Translations under genes and position numbers: made by a program
Shown: positions 29,118 through 39,961 of the stretch, piece by piece
Position numbering within the stretch: position 1 is the first letter of the stretch
Layout of the letters: each line of letters opens with the position of its first letter
The notes under the pieces: model-generated
What the model saw: only the letters and a program-made list of their open reading frames with translations
Databases searched by the model: none
Told to the model about the DNA's origin: nothing
Virus record (IMG/VR): IMGVR_UViG_2711768002_000013
DNA length: 53,159 nt
Origin: a virus
Taxonomy: Duplodnaviria; Heunggongvirae; Uroviricota; Caudoviricetes
Reading direction: 5' to 3' (one strand)

Positions 29118-29142
29118 CAGGCTACCTTCGGGTGGCCTTTTT
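29118..29142 (+). terminator. Intrinsic terminator-like hairpin within the late operon
   Basis: AGGCTACC-TTCG-GGTGGCCT stem (one G-U pair) followed by a T6 run. Confidence 0.5.
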
Positions 29143-29203
29143 TATTGCTGCGATCCGGATGGTGAGCAGCGTAACTGTCGGAAGACTTAAACCAGGTACT
29201 AAT

Positions 29204-29968
29204 ATGAAACTGAAAACGGTCGAGATTAACGGAAAACAATACGCAGAAATTGATACTGCTGGCCTGCCAGTTTATGTGCACGACGATGGTAAAGAAATTG
29301 GCTTCGATGCACCGCTGGCGACAAAAAAAATTACAGAGCTTAATGGCGAGGCAAAAAATCATCGCCTGGCTAAAGAAGCTGCAGAGGAAAAACTGGCTAA
29401 GTTTGCCGCTATCGAAGACCCGAAGAAGGCGATCGAGGCACTGGAAATGCTGTCAAAAATCGACCAGAAAAAGCTGCTCGATGCGGGACAGGTTGACCAG
29501 GTTAAGGCAGAAATTACGAAAAATTTTCAGCAGCAATTAGATGAAGAAAAGCAACGCTCTCAGATGCTGGAGAAGCAGCTTTACGATTCTATGATTGGCG
29601 GTAGTTTTGCGGGTTCAAAATATATTGCCGATAAAATTGCGATCCCGGCAGATTTATTACAAGCCCGCTTCGGGCAGGCATTCAAAGTGGAAGAAGGGAG
29701 GATCGTTGCTTATGACGCTTCCGGCAACAAAATTTATTCCCGCGCGAAGCCTGGCGAACTGGCGCAGTTTGATGAGGCGCTGGAGTTCCTTGTCGAAAAT
29801 TACCCTCAGAAAGACTACATCCTGAAAGCCAGTGGCAACAATGGCGGCGGCTCCCGTCCGACACAGCATGATATTGGTCAGAAAACGATGAAACGCTCTG
29901 CTTTTGATGCACTGGATGTTGCAGGTAAGCAAAACGCATTGAAAGACGGTATCACAATCGTTGATTAA
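29204..29968 (+). CDS. Scaffolding protein (coiled-coil)
   Basis: ATG 29204; charged alpha-helical, coiled-coil-like sequence; directly upstream of the major capsid gene. Confidence 0.6.
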   Translation: MKLKTVEINGKQYAEIDTAGLPVYVHDDGKEIGFDAPLATKKITELNGEAKNHRLAKEAAEEKLAKFAAIEDPKKAIEALEMLSKIDQKKLLDAGQVDQVKAEITKNFQQQLDEEKQRSQMLEKQLYDSMIGGSFAGSKYIADKIAIPADLLQARFGQAFKVEEGRIVAYDASGNKIYSRAKPGELAQFDEALEFLVENYPQKDYILKASGNNGGGSRPTQHDIGQKTMKRSAFDALDVAGKQNALKDGITIVD

Positions 29969-30066
29969 CACATTTGTCAGCTTCCGGATGGGAGCTGGTG
30001 TCAGGGCTGGATAGCTCATTACTCCATCTATTCACAATTACGCAAATTTTTAAGGAATATTTAATT

Positions 30067-31206
30067 ATGGCTGGAAATACCCTGACCGGGTTGATCCCGA
30101 CTATTTATACCGCCCTGGATGTTGTATCCCGTGAGCAGGTAGGTTTTATCCCTGCGGTAGCAAAAAACGCAAAAGCTGACGCCGCAGCAAAAGATCAGAC
30201 GGTAACCGCGCCAGTTGCGCCTGAGGCGAAAACCGAAGATATCGTACCGGGGCCGTCAGCTCCGAATACCGGTGATCAAAATATTGGCACTGTTGATGTA
30301 AAAATTACTAAATCCAAAATGGCACCGGTTAAATGGAATGGTGAAGAACAACTGGCTCTTGGCCCTTCAGGGACTTACAACACCATTCTGGCTGATCAGT
30401 TCAAGCAGGCTTTTCGCGCCCTTGCAAACGAGGTTGAGGCTGATCTTGGTGCGTTGTATTTCGGTGCTTCCCGCGCCGTGGGAACCGCAGGGACAACGCC
30501 GTTTGGTGTTAAAGATGATCTTTCTGATGCTGCTCTGGCTCGTCAGGTTCTGGAGGATAACGGCGCACCGACAACCGATCTGCAGATGGTGCTTGGCTCC
30601 ACTGCCATTGCTAATTTGCGCGGAAAACAGTCTGTATTGTTTAAAGTGAATGAATCCGGCACTGAACAGCTACTGCGTGAGGGCGTGTTGGGGCGTCTGG
30701 AGGGATTCAATATTCACAGTTCGGCAGGTGTGAAACGAGCGCCAAAGGTTGCTGCAACTGGTTATCTCGTGAATGGAGAGAAAAAAGAAGGCGATGTTCT
30801 TATTTCCATTGATACTGGTTCGGGGAGTATTTCTGCAGGTCAGATTGTTACGTTCGCTGGTGATCCGAATCAGTATGTTGTGGCAGCAGCGACCAGCAAT
30901 CTGATTACTCTTGCAGCGCCCGGACTGCGTCAGGATCTGGCCGATGATACTGCCATCACAGTTGTTGGGGCCTTTACTGCAAATATGGCGTTTGATCGCA
31001 ACGCGTTTCTGCTGGCATCCCGTACTCCGGCAATGCCGGAAGGTGGCGATAATGCTGATGATGTAATGAATGTTACGGACCCGATTTCAGGGATTACGTT
31101 CCAGATTGCACTGTATCGTCAGTATCGCCAGGTGCGCTATGAAGTTGGACTGGCATGGGGTGTTTCATCAGTGAAGCCGGCACATGGTTGTCTGATTCTT
31201 GGTTAA
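30067..31206 (+). CDS. Major capsid protein
   Basis: ATG 30067 with AAGGAA Shine-Dalgarno; 379 aa; followed by a strong terminator hairpin. Confidence 0.8.
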   Translation: MAGNTLTGLIPTIYTALDVVSREQVGFIPAVAKNAKADAAAKDQTVTAPVAPEAKTEDIVPGPSAPNTGDQNIGTVDVKITKSKMAPVKWNGEEQLALGPSGTYNTILADQFKQAFRALANEVEADLGALYFGASRAVGTAGTTPFGVKDDLSDAALARQVLEDNGAPTTDLQMVLGSTAIANLRGKQSVLFKVNESGTEQLLREGVLGRLEGFNIHSSAGVKRAPKVAATGYLVNGEKKEGDVLISIDTGSGSISAGQIVTFAGDPNQYVVAAATSNLITLAAPGLRQDLADDTAITVVGAFTANMAFDRNAFLLASRTPAMPEGGDNADDVMNVTDPISGITFQIALYRQYRQVRYEVGLAWGVSSVKPAHGCLILG

Positions 31207-31216
31207 ACATTCAAAC

Positions 31217-31237
31217 GGGGCTTCGGCCCCATTTTTA
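31217..31237 (+). terminator. Intrinsic terminator after the major capsid gene
   Basis: GGGGC-TTCG-GCCCC perfect stem followed by ATTTTTA. Confidence 0.6.
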
Positions 31238-31248
31238 ATGGGGGGCAT

Positions 31249-31425
31249 ATGGCCGGATTAACTAAAGAGCAAAGAGCACAGCGTGAAGCCGCACAAAAAA
31301 CGCAAATTGAGTTAGTGGTTATGGTGACCGATTATCAGATGTTTCCCGGCGCACCAACTATCGCTAATGTTCATCCTGATGAAGTTGACAACTGGAAGGC
31401 TATGGGCTGGAAAACTCAGGAGTAA
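31249..31425 (+). CDS. Small head-region ORF (58 aa), speculative
   Basis: Not in the ORF track; ATG 31249 preceded by GGGGGG; translation MAGLTKEQRAQREAAQKTQIELVVMVTDYQMF...KAMGWKTQE. Confidence 0.35.
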   Translation: MAGLTKEQRAQREAAQKTQIELVVMVTDYQMFPGAPTIANVHPDEVDNWKAMGWKTQE

Positions 31426-31428
31426 CAC

Positions 31429-31824
31429 ATGATCACTTACGTGACCTGTGATGACGTTGATAATGCGTTTGGGAACGCCTGGACGAGTGAGAACGCTAAA
31501 AATAAAGCTGTTTTAATGGCTAATGCCTGGCTTAATGGCTTCAACCTGAAAATTAACCCATCCCGTATTCCGGAAGAGGTAAAACTTGCGGGAGCATATG
31601 CAGCCAGAATTGCCTCATTCGGTAAGTTGTTTCAGCAGAAAAATGATTCTGGCGTTGTTATCAGTAAAGCCGTGTCGGCTGACGGGGTCAGTGTATCGAA
31701 ATCATTTTCTGAGTTGCCAGCAAACAGCACTGCATTGCTTGAACCCGATTTACAGCTTGCGATAGCACTGCTGAAACCGTACGGACTTAGTCGCTCACAA
31801 GTCAGGGTTGTGAGGGGGGGATAA
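31429..31824 (+). CDS. Head-tail connector / head completion protein
   Basis: 131-aa ORF in a run of tightly coupled genes between capsid and major tail. Confidence 0.55.
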   Translation: MITYVTCDDVDNAFGNAWTSENAKNKAVLMANAWLNGFNLKINPSRIPEEVKLAGAYAARIASFGKLFQQKNDSGVVISKAVSADGVSVSKSFSELPANSTALLEPDLQLAIALLKPYGLSRSQVRVVRGG

Positions 31825-32207
31825 TGGGGCTTCGTGAAGAGATTCAGTCAGAGGTTGCCGCTGCTTTTGATGAGGATTTAGCGGACGCCGTGAGTGATTT
31901 TTCTGGTTCTTACGTTACGCACCGGCACTGGGATCCTGTGACGGAAACTGGCGGCGAATCAACCGCAATCTATACCGGGCGAGGCGTGTTGACACGTTAT
32001 AAGCTGGGCAGAATTGATGGGATTAATATTTTGCATGGTGACCTTAAATTAACCGCTCTGGTATGCGAGGTTACGGATAAACCAGCTGTCGACCATATTA
32101 TTGAGATTTATGATCCTGTATCAAGGCAGTTACAACGATACGAGGTAATTACAGCAAGTGTAGATCCTTCCGCATCAGTTTACTCTATCCAGTTAAGGAG
32201 AGCGTAA
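31824..32207 (+). CDS. Head-tail joining protein
   Basis: 127-aa ORF; start overlaps the upstream stop (TAATG). Confidence 0.55.
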   Translation: MGLREEIQSEVAAAFDEDLADAVSDFSGSYVTHRHWDPVTETGGESTAIYTGRGVLTRYKLGRIDGINILHGDLKLTALVCEVTDKPAVDHIIEIYDPVSRQLQRYEVITASVDPSASVYSIQLRRA

Positions 32208-32588
32208 ATGGCAAAGGCATGGGATATAGAACCGTCAATATTTGCCGGGATGATTGAGGAAGATGTAGGGCTGAAGATTCGCTACATCGCTATGCAGATT
32301 CTTACTGCTATTGATATTGCTGCTCCGGTTGATACCGGACGTTTCAGAAATAACAACCTGGTGTCGTTACAGCATCCCGATTTTGGTATATCTGATAACG
32401 TGGATCCGAACGGTACGATTGCTGTTCAGCGTGGGATCGGGGTTATTTCGAAAGCTGCAAATTACGGGGTTATTTATATCCAGAATAACCTTCCTTATGC
32501 AGAGGCTCTTGAAAACGGTCATTCACAACAAGCGCCAACTGGCGTGTATGCCAACGCTTTTCATGGTGTTTTACAGGCTTACAAATGA
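32208..32588 (+). CDS. Tail completion protein
   Basis: 126-aa ORF in the head-tail joining block. Confidence 0.5.
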   Translation: MAKAWDIEPSIFAGMIEEDVGLKIRYIAMQILTAIDIAAPVDTGRFRNNNLVSLQHPDFGISDNVDPNGTIAVQRGIGVISKAANYGVIYIQNNLPYAEALENGHSQQAPTGVYANAFHGVLQAYK

Positions 32589-32977
32589 AGTTTACTGAAA
32601 TCAGAAATACGGTTATTTCCAGAATGACGGCACAGACGATTATTGATGGAAAAGACGTATTGTATCCGAACGGGCCAACGTTCGATCCTTCCGGTAAGTT
32701 AATCTGGGCGCGGTTAAGTAATATTCCCGGGCAGGCTGGAGTTAATGAAATTGGCGCGGGGCCGGTTGTTTATCGCACGGGGATAATCATTATTCAGTTA
32801 TTTGTCCCCGCAGGTTCTGGTTCAAAACTCATTACTGAGACAGCCGATAAATTGCGGGAACTGTTTGAGTTTCAGGATGACGATCGTCTCAGTTACCAGG
32901 CTGTTTCCTCAATAGCCGTTGGCGAAAAGAATGGCTGGTTCCAGCTTAATCTTCAAATTCCATATCGCGCGCTCTAG
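32585..32977 (+). CDS. Tail terminator-like protein
   Basis: 130-aa ORF overlapping the upstream stop; precedes the major tail gene. Confidence 0.5.
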   Translation: MKFTEIRNTVISRMTAQTIIDGKDVLYPNGPTFDPSGKLIWARLSNIPGQAGVNEIGAGPVVYRTGIIIIQLFVPAGSGSKLITETADKLRELFEFQDDDRLSYQAVSSIAVGEKNGWFQLNLQIPYRAL

Positions 32978-33003
32978 CGCAATTAATGACATAGGAGGCT
33001 CCT

Positions 33004-33966
33004 GTGAGTTCAGGTGCAAAGGTTATCTCGGCATTTATCCGGGAGACGGTTGCAGGCACTACGCCAGCAAGTGGTGACTGGAGTTTATTAAAACGCACAA
33101 GCTGGGGAGTAAAACCCACCCAGAATAAAGGCGAAAATAATGAGATTGGTGGCTCCCGGATGGCTCAGGGGGCGACGCCTGGCACTGTGGATGTCGGCGG
33201 TGATGTTGGTACCAAATTTCGCTGGGGTCAACATGATGATTTTCTTGCATCCTGTTTCGGCGCGGAATGGTCAGGCGATTCTCTGACAATGGGGAATGAG
33301 CGAATAACATTTTCTCTGGCGACCTATGCGTCCGATGTCGGAATTGCCTCTGTCGTCAGAGGAGCGCAGGTTGGCTCATGGAAAATGCAGATCCCTAACG
33401 ACGGCGATATTACAGCGACCGTAACCTTTGCCGGACTGGACTGGGAATCAAAGGCCGATGATACGAATTTTATCAAAGGCGAACCTGTGGATAGTGCAGG
33501 AAAGCTACGTTATTCGTTTAAGGAGGTTTCAGCAGTAAGCCTGAATGGTGTTGCCGGAGGTAACGGTTTTTGTATCGACAGTTTTGATATTCAGTTCGAT
33601 AACAAACTCCAGACACAGCGTTGTATCGGGACTGGCTCGCCTTATGCAGGAGCAAATATTCCGACTACTTTTACACCGTCCGGTACGGTGACGCTTTCAT
33701 GGTCTAAAGCCGCGTGGGAAATCTGGAGTAAAACACTGACTGGAGAAACAGTTCCGTTCAGCTTCACGCTTTCGAATGGAGAGGGGGCATACACTTTCAG
33801 TTTCCCGAAGGTTCAGGTGTCAGGTGAATGGCCTGATGGGGGTAATAGCGACATTATCCAGGTTCAATTGAGCATTACCGCAGCAGATGAAGCACCTACG
33901 ATAACCAGAAAAAAAAATTCCCCGGCTGCCGTGATCGCAAAAGCCAGTGCTGAGGCGATTAGTTGA
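33004..33966 (+). CDS. Major tail protein
   Basis: GTG start after AGGAGG; 320 aa; immediately upstream of the G/G-T chaperone pair. Confidence 0.7.
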   Translation: MSSGAKVISAFIRETVAGTTPASGDWSLLKRTSWGVKPTQNKGENNEIGGSRMAQGATPGTVDVGGDVGTKFRWGQHDDFLASCFGAEWSGDSLTMGNERITFSLATYASDVGIASVVRGAQVGSWKMQIPNDGDITATVTFAGLDWESKADDTNFIKGEPVDSAGKLRYSFKEVSAVSLNGVAGGNGFCIDSFDIQFDNKLQTQRCIGTGSPYAGANIPTTFTPSGTVTLSWSKAAWEIWSKTLTGETVPFSFTLSNGEGAYTFSFPKVQVSGEWPDGGNSDIIQVQLSITAADEAPTITRKKNSPAAVIAKASAEAIS

Positions 33967-34014
33967 TTTTCCGTTATTCCTCCTGTGGTACTGCCCTACA
34001 GGGGGACGCATTGA

Positions 34015-34476
34015 ATGAGGTTATGGATGTTTATTCTTAATCAGAAAATTATCATTGGTGGAGAACGCTGGTTTACGCCAATGAAGGACTTAAAACCTGT
34101 AGACGGGTTAAAACTGTTGGTGGCAAGCAGCGATAACGATCAGTATCGCTCCCGTAATGCATTAATCCGTCGCCACATTGAGAAAATGGATGCCAGTTTG
34201 CACGTCGGAACGAAGGAGTTTGATATTTCAAAGGTTTCCGAGGTGGATTCTGTTGATGATTTACTCATTGATAATGCCGCTCGTTATCTGCTGAAAGACT
34301 GGAAAGGGGTTGGTGAACTGGTTAATGGTGTTGAGGTTGCACTGGAATATACGGCAGAACGAGGGATCGCGCTGCTTAAGCAGAATCCAGAGTTGTACTG
34401 GCAGATCCTTGCAGAAGCAGCCAGCATCGCCCAGGGTAAAGAGCAGCAGAAGCAGGATACGATAAAAAAGCCATAG
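34015..34476 (+). CDS. Tail assembly chaperone (lambda G-like)
   Basis: 153-aa ORF ending just after an A-AAA-AAG slippery heptamer; followed by an open -1 frame. Confidence 0.7.
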   Translation: MRLWMFILNQKIIIGGERWFTPMKDLKPVDGLKLLVASSDNDQYRSRNALIRRHIEKMDASLHVGTKEFDISKVSEVDSVDDLLIDNAARYLLKDWKGVGELVNGVEVALEYTAERGIALLKQNPELYWQILAEAASIAQGKEQQKQDTIKKP

Positions 34477-34784
34477 CTGCCCAGCGGTGGTTATCGGAGT
34501 TCGGGGGAGAAAGGGGGGAAAAGGCAAGATGGAAGCGAGAAAAACTCAGGTTGCCACCGATACCGGAACCAGAAATAGACCCGGTGCTTAAGGAGTTGTT
34601 GTACGCCTATTCGGTAATATCCCGTGCCCGACGTTATGCTGGAATGGCTGGGGTGCCTTTGCCTTTATCTCTGACAGAGATAAATGAATATTTAGCCACT
34701 CATCCGGTATTGATTGAGCGCGATGAATTTGAAGCAGTGATCTTTGCACTGGATGACCAGTATTTTCAGGAGCAGTGTGTGTAG
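34015..34784 (+). CDS. Tail assembly chaperone G-T fusion (via -1 frameshift at 34464..34470)
   Basis: The -1 frame after the slippery site reads KKAIAAQRWLSEFGGERGEKARWKREKLRLPPIPEPEIDPVLKELL... to stop at 34784; position immediately upstream of the tape measure gene. Confidence 0.55.
34464..34470 (+). other. Programmed -1 ribosomal frameshift site (slippery heptamer A AAA AAG)
   Basis: In G frame ATA AAA AAG CCA TAG; the -1 frame is open from the heptamer to 34784. Confidence 0.6.
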
Positions 34785-34949
34785 TTGTTAATTACGTACA
34801 CTCTGTTACAGAGATGTGATGGTGTCTTTAATTAAATCGATGATGCTCCTGGAGAAAAGCATTGCGTGGCCTCGTAATCGCTATATCTACTATTATGTCG
34901 CCTGAAACCCACTTCGCGGTGGGTTTTTTGTTGTCAGGAGTTTTAATAA

Positions 34950-37900
34950 ATGGCAGAGCAAACCTCGCGTCTCGCAATAATTATTGATAGCACTGGAGCG
35001 AAAAATAATGCTGACAATCTGACCTCCTCATTAGTCAAAATGACGCAGGCTGGGGAAACTGCTGCAAATAGCGCAGGGAAAGTGACTAAGGCAACAGAAG
35101 ATGAGAAGAACGCGCTCGCAAAATTAAAAGCAGCTATTGATCCAGTTGGTGCCGCAATTGATACTGTCGGTCGACGCTATTCTGAATTAAAGAAATTTTT
35201 CGATAAAGGGCTTATTGATAAAGAAGAATATGAATTTCTTGTCCGTAAACTTAATGAAACCACAGAGGAATTGAGCGGGGTTGCGCAAGCGCAGAGAGAA
35301 GCCGAGAAGGCCGGAAAACTTGCTGCCGCCCAGCAGGAAGCGCAGGCTCAGGCCTTTCAAAGAATGCTGGACAAGATCGACCCTCTGGCTGCGGCGCTAA
35401 GAAATCTTGAACAACAGCATGATGAACTTAATGCTGCGTTTGCATCCGGGAAAATAAATGGTTCTCAGTTTGAGAATTATAGCCGAAAAATACAGGAAAC
35501 ACGGCGAGAGCTTACCGGAGAGGCTCAGGCAGAGCGAGAAGCAGCAAAAGCGCATGATGAACAGGTTGTTGCTTTGCAACGTCTGATTGCTCAACTTGAT
35601 CCTGTCGGAACTGCTTTTAATCGTCTGGTAGAACAACAGAAACAGCTCAATGAAGCAAAAGCTAAGGGGATGCTTTCTCCTGAAATGTATGAGGAGCTTT
35701 CTGGAAAACTTCGTGCTATGCGGAGTGAGCTTGAGGTTACTCAATCACAATTAAGCAAAACCGGAATGTCGGCAAAACAAACGGCTTTTGCTATGCGCAT
35801 GTTGCCTGTACAAATGACGGATATTGTTGTTGGGTTGTCCACTGGTCAGTCGCCATTTATGGTGTTAATGCAGCAGGGCGGCCAGCTAAAAGATATGTTC
35901 GGTGGGATTGGCCCGGCGATCAAAGGTGTAGGTTCTTATGTGCTGGGATTAATTAATCCTTTTACCCTGGCCGCAGCAGCCGTTGGGGTCTTAGGACTGG
36001 CTTACTATAAAGGCTCTCAGGAGCAGGACGAATTTAATAAATCTCTTATTCTTACCGGAAATCAGTTGGGGACAACCAGCGGGCAATTGGGCGATATAGC
36101 TCAACGTGCCGGGAATGCGGCTGATTCGACAACTGGTGCTGCGGCGGCAGTATTAAATCAGCTTGTGCGTTCGGGAAAGGTAGCGAGCAGTTCGCTGGAG
36201 CAAGTGACGACAGCGATAGTAAAAACGAGCGAAGTAACAGGAATATCAACCGAACAACTGGTTAATGACTTCAATGAAATTGCAAAGGATCCTGTCAGTG
36301 CCATATCAAAACTTAATGATCAGTACCATTTTCTGACACTTGCGACTTATAACCAGATTAAGGCGCTACAGGATGAAGGGAACCAGCAGGAGGCCGCCCG
36401 CATTGCGACAGAAGAATACTCATCCTCAATGATCCAGCGCACCAACCAGATTAAAGAAAATCTTGGTTATCTTGAGACTGCATGGAAAGCTGTCGCAGAC
36501 TCCGCAAAATGGGCATGGGATTCCATGCTGGATATTGGCCGTGAGGCCTCCCTTGATCAAAAAATCTCAGATGTTCTCCGTCAAATTGATGAAATAGAAA
36601 AAAATACCCGACCCGGAGTTTTCGGGTTAGGTGGCATTGGAGATGGCGGAGCTCAAAATAAAAGGCTGGCACGATTAAAGCAGCAATTGGGCGTACTTCA
36701 AGCAGAAAAAATTGCTCAGGACGTACTAAATTCATCAATAAACGATTACAACAAGCGACAACAGGAAGGAATTGAACTCAGACAGAGAGCAGATGCCTTT
36801 TCAAAACAATATCAGACCCGGGAGCAGCAGAGAGCTAGTGAACTTGCAAAACTGGAAAAGCTAAAGAATCAGTATTCAAAGGAAGAATATAATAATCTTA
36901 TCGCTCAAATAAATGAGCGTTATAAAGATCCAAAGCAACCAAAGGCGAAAGGTTATTCTGATGATGCAGCCCAACGAATGATTGATCATCTGAATCAACA
37001 GAATGCGTTACTAAGTTCACAAGCTGAGTTGACCGTTAAATTAAGTTCCTCTGAACAGGAACTGGTTAAGTGGCGTCAGCGGATTGCCGACCTAGAGTCA
37101 CGACCATCATCGAAATTAACCCAGGATCAGAAATCGCTTCTCTTACACCGGGAAGAAATAACCACGTTGATGGAGAAAAATGTTGCGATTGAAAAAAATA
37201 ACAGGCTAATCAAGGAATCCGCCGAAATAACAGCATGGCGTGATTCATTGCAGGCTTCGATTGATAATCGTCAGCAGGGGTATGATATTCAGATTGCTGG
37301 TTATGGGGTTGGCGATAAAAATCAGCAACGCCAGCAGGAATTACTGCGGATTGAACATGGATATAACAATCAGCGTCTGCAACTTGAACGTGACTATGCA
37401 GATAAATCCCGTGGAATGTCAGATCATGTTTTTCAAGAGAAAATGCAGGCTCTGAATGATGCTCTGGAACGGGAAAAAGAAATTGTCAGACAGAAAAACG
37501 AGCAGCTCGATATTCAGGCAGGAGACTGGGTTAGTGGTGCCTCCCAGGGATTCAATAACTGGCTGGATGACACTAAGGATATCAGTGAGCAGATAAAATC
37601 AACCACGACTCAGATGTTTGATGGGATGACCGATGCGCTGGGTGATTTTGTCACGACAGGCAAGGCAAATTTTCGTTCTTTCGCTACTTCCGTGATTTCG
37701 GATCTTAGTCGAATAGCATTAAAGGCTTCAATTACTGGGATTTTCGACAGCATTAGTAACAGTTCTTCTGGGGGGATTTTAGGAACTATCGGGAGTGCTA
37801 TTAGTAAATTTATTCCGAATGCAAAGGGCGGTGTTTATGAGTCTCCGTCATTGAGCACGTATTCGAACGGTATTTATGATTCCCCGCAATTTTTTGCTTT

Positions 37901-38183
37901 TGCAAAAGGGGCTGGTGTTTTTGGTGAGGCTGGACCGGAAGCCATTATGCCATTAACACGAACTTCCGATGGTTCTCTTGGTGTCAGAGCTATTAATAGT
38001 AAAAGTGGTAATGGAGGCGGAGATATTACCTATGCCCCTGTATACCAAATCACTATTCAAAATGACGGCCAGAATGGAGAGATTGGCCCTCAGGCAATAA
38101 AAGCACTTATGGGGATGGTTGATCAGCGGGTGCAGGGCAATCTGTTAAATATGCGACGTGATGGGGGAATGTTAAGTGGCTAA
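34950..38183 (+). CDS. Tail tape measure protein
   Basis: 1077 aa, long coiled-coil-rich protein; AGGAG Shine-Dalgarno; canonical position. Confidence 0.9.
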   Translation: MAEQTSRLAIIIDSTGAKNNADNLTSSLVKMTQAGETAANSAGKVTKATEDEKNALAKLKAAIDPVGAAIDTVGRRYSELKKFFDKGLIDKEEYEFLVRKLNETTEELSGVAQAQREAEKAGKLAAAQQEAQAQAFQRMLDKIDPLAAALRNLEQQHDELNAAFASGKINGSQFENYSRKIQETRRELTGEAQAEREAAKAHDEQVVALQRLIAQLDPVGTAFNRLVEQQKQLNEAKAKGMLSPEMYEELSGKLRAMRSELEVTQSQLSKTGMSAKQTAFAMRMLPVQMTDIVVGLSTGQSPFMVLMQQGGQLKDMFGGIGPAIKGVGSYVLGLINPFTLAAAAVGVLGLAYYKGSQEQDEFNKSLILTGNQLGTTSGQLGDIAQRAGNAADSTTGAAAAVLNQLVRSGKVASSSLEQVTTAIVKTSEVTGISTEQLVNDFNEIAKDPVSAISKLNDQYHFLTLATYNQIKALQDEGNQQEAARIATEEYSSSMIQRTNQIKENLGYLETAWKAVADSAKWAWDSMLDIGREASLDQKISDVLRQIDEIEKNTRPGVFGLGGIGDGGAQNKRLARLKQQLGVLQAEKIAQDVLNSSINDYNKRQQEGIELRQRADAFSKQYQTREQQRASELAKLEKLKNQYSKEEYNNLIAQINERYKDPKQPKAKGYSDDAAQRMIDHLNQQNALLSSQAELTVKLSSSEQELVKWRQRIADLESRPSSKLTQDQKSLLLHREEITTLMEKNVAIEKNNRLIKESAEITAWRDSLQASIDNRQQGYDIQIAGYGVGDKNQQRQQELLRIEHGYNNQRLQLERDYADKSRGMSDHVFQEKMQALNDALEREKEIVRQKNEQLDIQAGDWVSGASQGFNNWLDDTKDISEQIKSTTTQMFDGMTDALGDFVTTGKANFRSFATSVISDLSRIALKASITGIFDSISNSSSGGILGTIGSAISKFIPNAKGGVYESPSLSTYSNGIYDSPQFFAFAKGAGVFGEAGPEAIMPLTRTSDGSLGVRAINSKSGNGGGDITYAPVYQITIQNDGQNGEIGPQAIKALMGMVDQRVQGNLLNMRRDGGMLSG

Positions 38184-38514
38184 TACGGAAGAATTTCACT
38201 GGTTACCAGAGGATGGAATGAAAACAGAAAATAAACCATCGATAAAAACTGTAAGATTTGGTGATGGTTATGAGCAACGAAGTCCAAATGGACTTAATCA
38301 TTCTCTGCGCGTTTTCACCTGTGATTTCAAAGTTGAGGCGAATGAACGTGATTCATTTGAAAAATTTTTAGCCCGGCATGAAGGCTATAAATCTTTTTTT
38401 TGGCGCCCGCCGGGTATTAACAGAAAAATCAGAGTGGTGTGTCGAACGTGGTCAGCGACAGAACATATCACCTATACCGATTTTTCGTGTCAGTTTGACG
38501 AAGTGGTGATCTGA
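38176..38514 (+). CDS. Minor tail protein (lambda M-like)
   Basis: 112-aa ORF overlapping the tape measure stop; start uncertain (GTG 38176 or ATG 38218). Confidence 0.65.
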   Translation: MANTEEFHWLPEDGMKTENKPSIKTVRFGDGYEQRSPNGLNHSLRVFTCDFKVEANERDSFEKFLARHEGYKSFFWRPPGINRKIRVVCRTWSATEHITYTDFSCQFDEVVI

Positions 38515-39212
38515 TGCAGGACATACAACAGGAAACGCTGAATGAATGCATTCGTGCGGAGCAGTCGGCCAGCGTGGTGCTCTGGGAAATCGACCTGACC
38601 GAGGTAGGCGGGGATCGCTACTTTTTCTGCAATGAGCAGAACGAGAAAGGAGAGTCTGTCACCTGGCAGAGTCGGCAGTATCAGGCCTATCCCATTCAGG
38701 GGAGTGGATTTGAGATGAACGGCAAAGGTGCCAGTGCAAGGCCAACGCTGAAAGTCTCTAATCTGCACGGCATGGTCACCGGGATGGCGGAAGACCTGCA
38801 GAGTCTGGTCGGCGGAACGGTGGTCAGGCGTAAGGTTTACGCCCGTTTTCTGGATGCGGTGAACTTCGTCAACGGAAACAGTGACGCCGATCCGGAGCAG
38901 GAGGTGATCAGCCGCTGGCGTATTGAGCAGTGCAGCGAACTGAGCGCGGTCAGTGCCTCCTTTGTACTGTCCACGCCGACGGAAACGGACGGCGCTGTTT
39001 TTCCGGGGCGCATCATGCTTGCTAATACCTGCACCTGGACCTATCGCGGTGATGAGTGCGGTTATCACGGTCCGGCTGTCGCGGATGAATATGACCAGCC
39101 AACGTCCGATATCACGAAGGATAAATGCAGCAAATGCCTGAGCGGTTGTAAGTTCCGCAATAACGTCGGCAACTTTGGCGGCTTCCTTTCCATTAACAAA
39201 CTTTCGCAGTAA
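38514..39212 (+). CDS. Minor tail protein (lambda L-like)
   Basis: 232 aa, same length as lambda L; Cys cluster near the C-terminus. Confidence 0.75.
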   Translation: MQDIQQETLNECIRAEQSASVVLWEIDLTEVGGDRYFFCNEQNEKGESVTWQSRQYQAYPIQGSGFEMNGKGASARPTLKVSNLHGMVTGMAEDLQSLVGGTVVRRKVYARFLDAVNFVNGNSDADPEQEVISRWRIEQCSELSAVSASFVLSTPTETDGAVFPGRIMLANTCTWTYRGDECGYHGPAVADEYDQPTSDITKDKCSKCLSGCKFRNNVGNFGGFLSINKLSQ

Positions 39213-39217
39213 ATCCC

Positions 39218-39961
39218 ATGACACAGACAGAATCAGCGATTCTGGCGCACGCCCGGCGATGTGCGCCAGCGGAGTCGTGCGGCTTCGTGGTGAGAACACC
39301 GGAGGGGGAAAGATATTTTCCCTGCGTGAATATTTCCGGTGAGCCGGAGGAGTATTTCCGGATGGCTCCGGAAGACTGGCTGCAGGCAGAGATGCAGGGT
39401 GAGATTGTGGCGCTGGTCCACAGCCACCCCGGTGGTCTGCCCTGGCTGAGTGAGGCCGACCGGCGGCTGCAGGTGCAGAGTGATTTGTCGTGGTGGCTGG
39501 TCTGCCGCGGGGCGATTCACAAGTTCCGCTGTGTGCCGCATCTCACCGGGCGGCGCTTTGAGCACGGGGTGACGGACTGTTACACGCTGTTCCGGGACGC
39601 TTACCATCTGGCGGGAATTGAGATGCCAGATTTTCATCGTGAGGACGACTGGTGGCGTAATGGTCAGAATCTCTATCTGGATAATCTGGAGGCTACAGGG
39701 CTGTATCAGGTGCCGTTGTCAACGGCGCAGCCGGGCGATGTGCTGCTGTGCTGTTTTGGTTCATCGGTGCCGAATCATGCCGCCATTTACTGTGGTGACG
39801 GCGAGCTGCTGCACCATATTCCTGAACAACTGAGCAAACGAGAGAGGTATACCGACAAATGGCAGCGACGCACACACTCCCTCTGGCGTCACCGGGCATG
39901 GCACGCATCTGCCTTTACGGGGATTTGCAGCGATTTGGCCGCCGCATCGACCTTCGTGTGA
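39218..39961 (+). CDS. Tail assembly protein K-like (JAB/MPN plus NlpC/P60 motifs)
   Basis: HSHPGG...SEAD JAMM-like motif and DCYTLFRDAY..H Cys/His region. Confidence 0.75.
   Translation: MTQTESAILAHARRCAPAESCGFVVRTPEGERYFPCVNISGEPEEYFRMAPEDWLQAEMQGEIVALVHSHPGGLPWLSEADRRLQVQSDLSWWLVCRGAIHKFRCVPHLTGRRFEHGVTDCYTLFRDAYHLAGIEMPDFHREDDWWRNGQNLYLDNLEATGLYQVPLSTAQPGDVLLCCFGSSVPNHAAIYCGDGELLHHIPEQLSKRERYTDKWQRRTHSLWRHRAWHASAFTGICSDLAAASTFV

Noticed and set aside
38490-39299. 269-aa ORF on the minus strand
   Set aside because: Antisense to the well-supported minor tail genes L and K.
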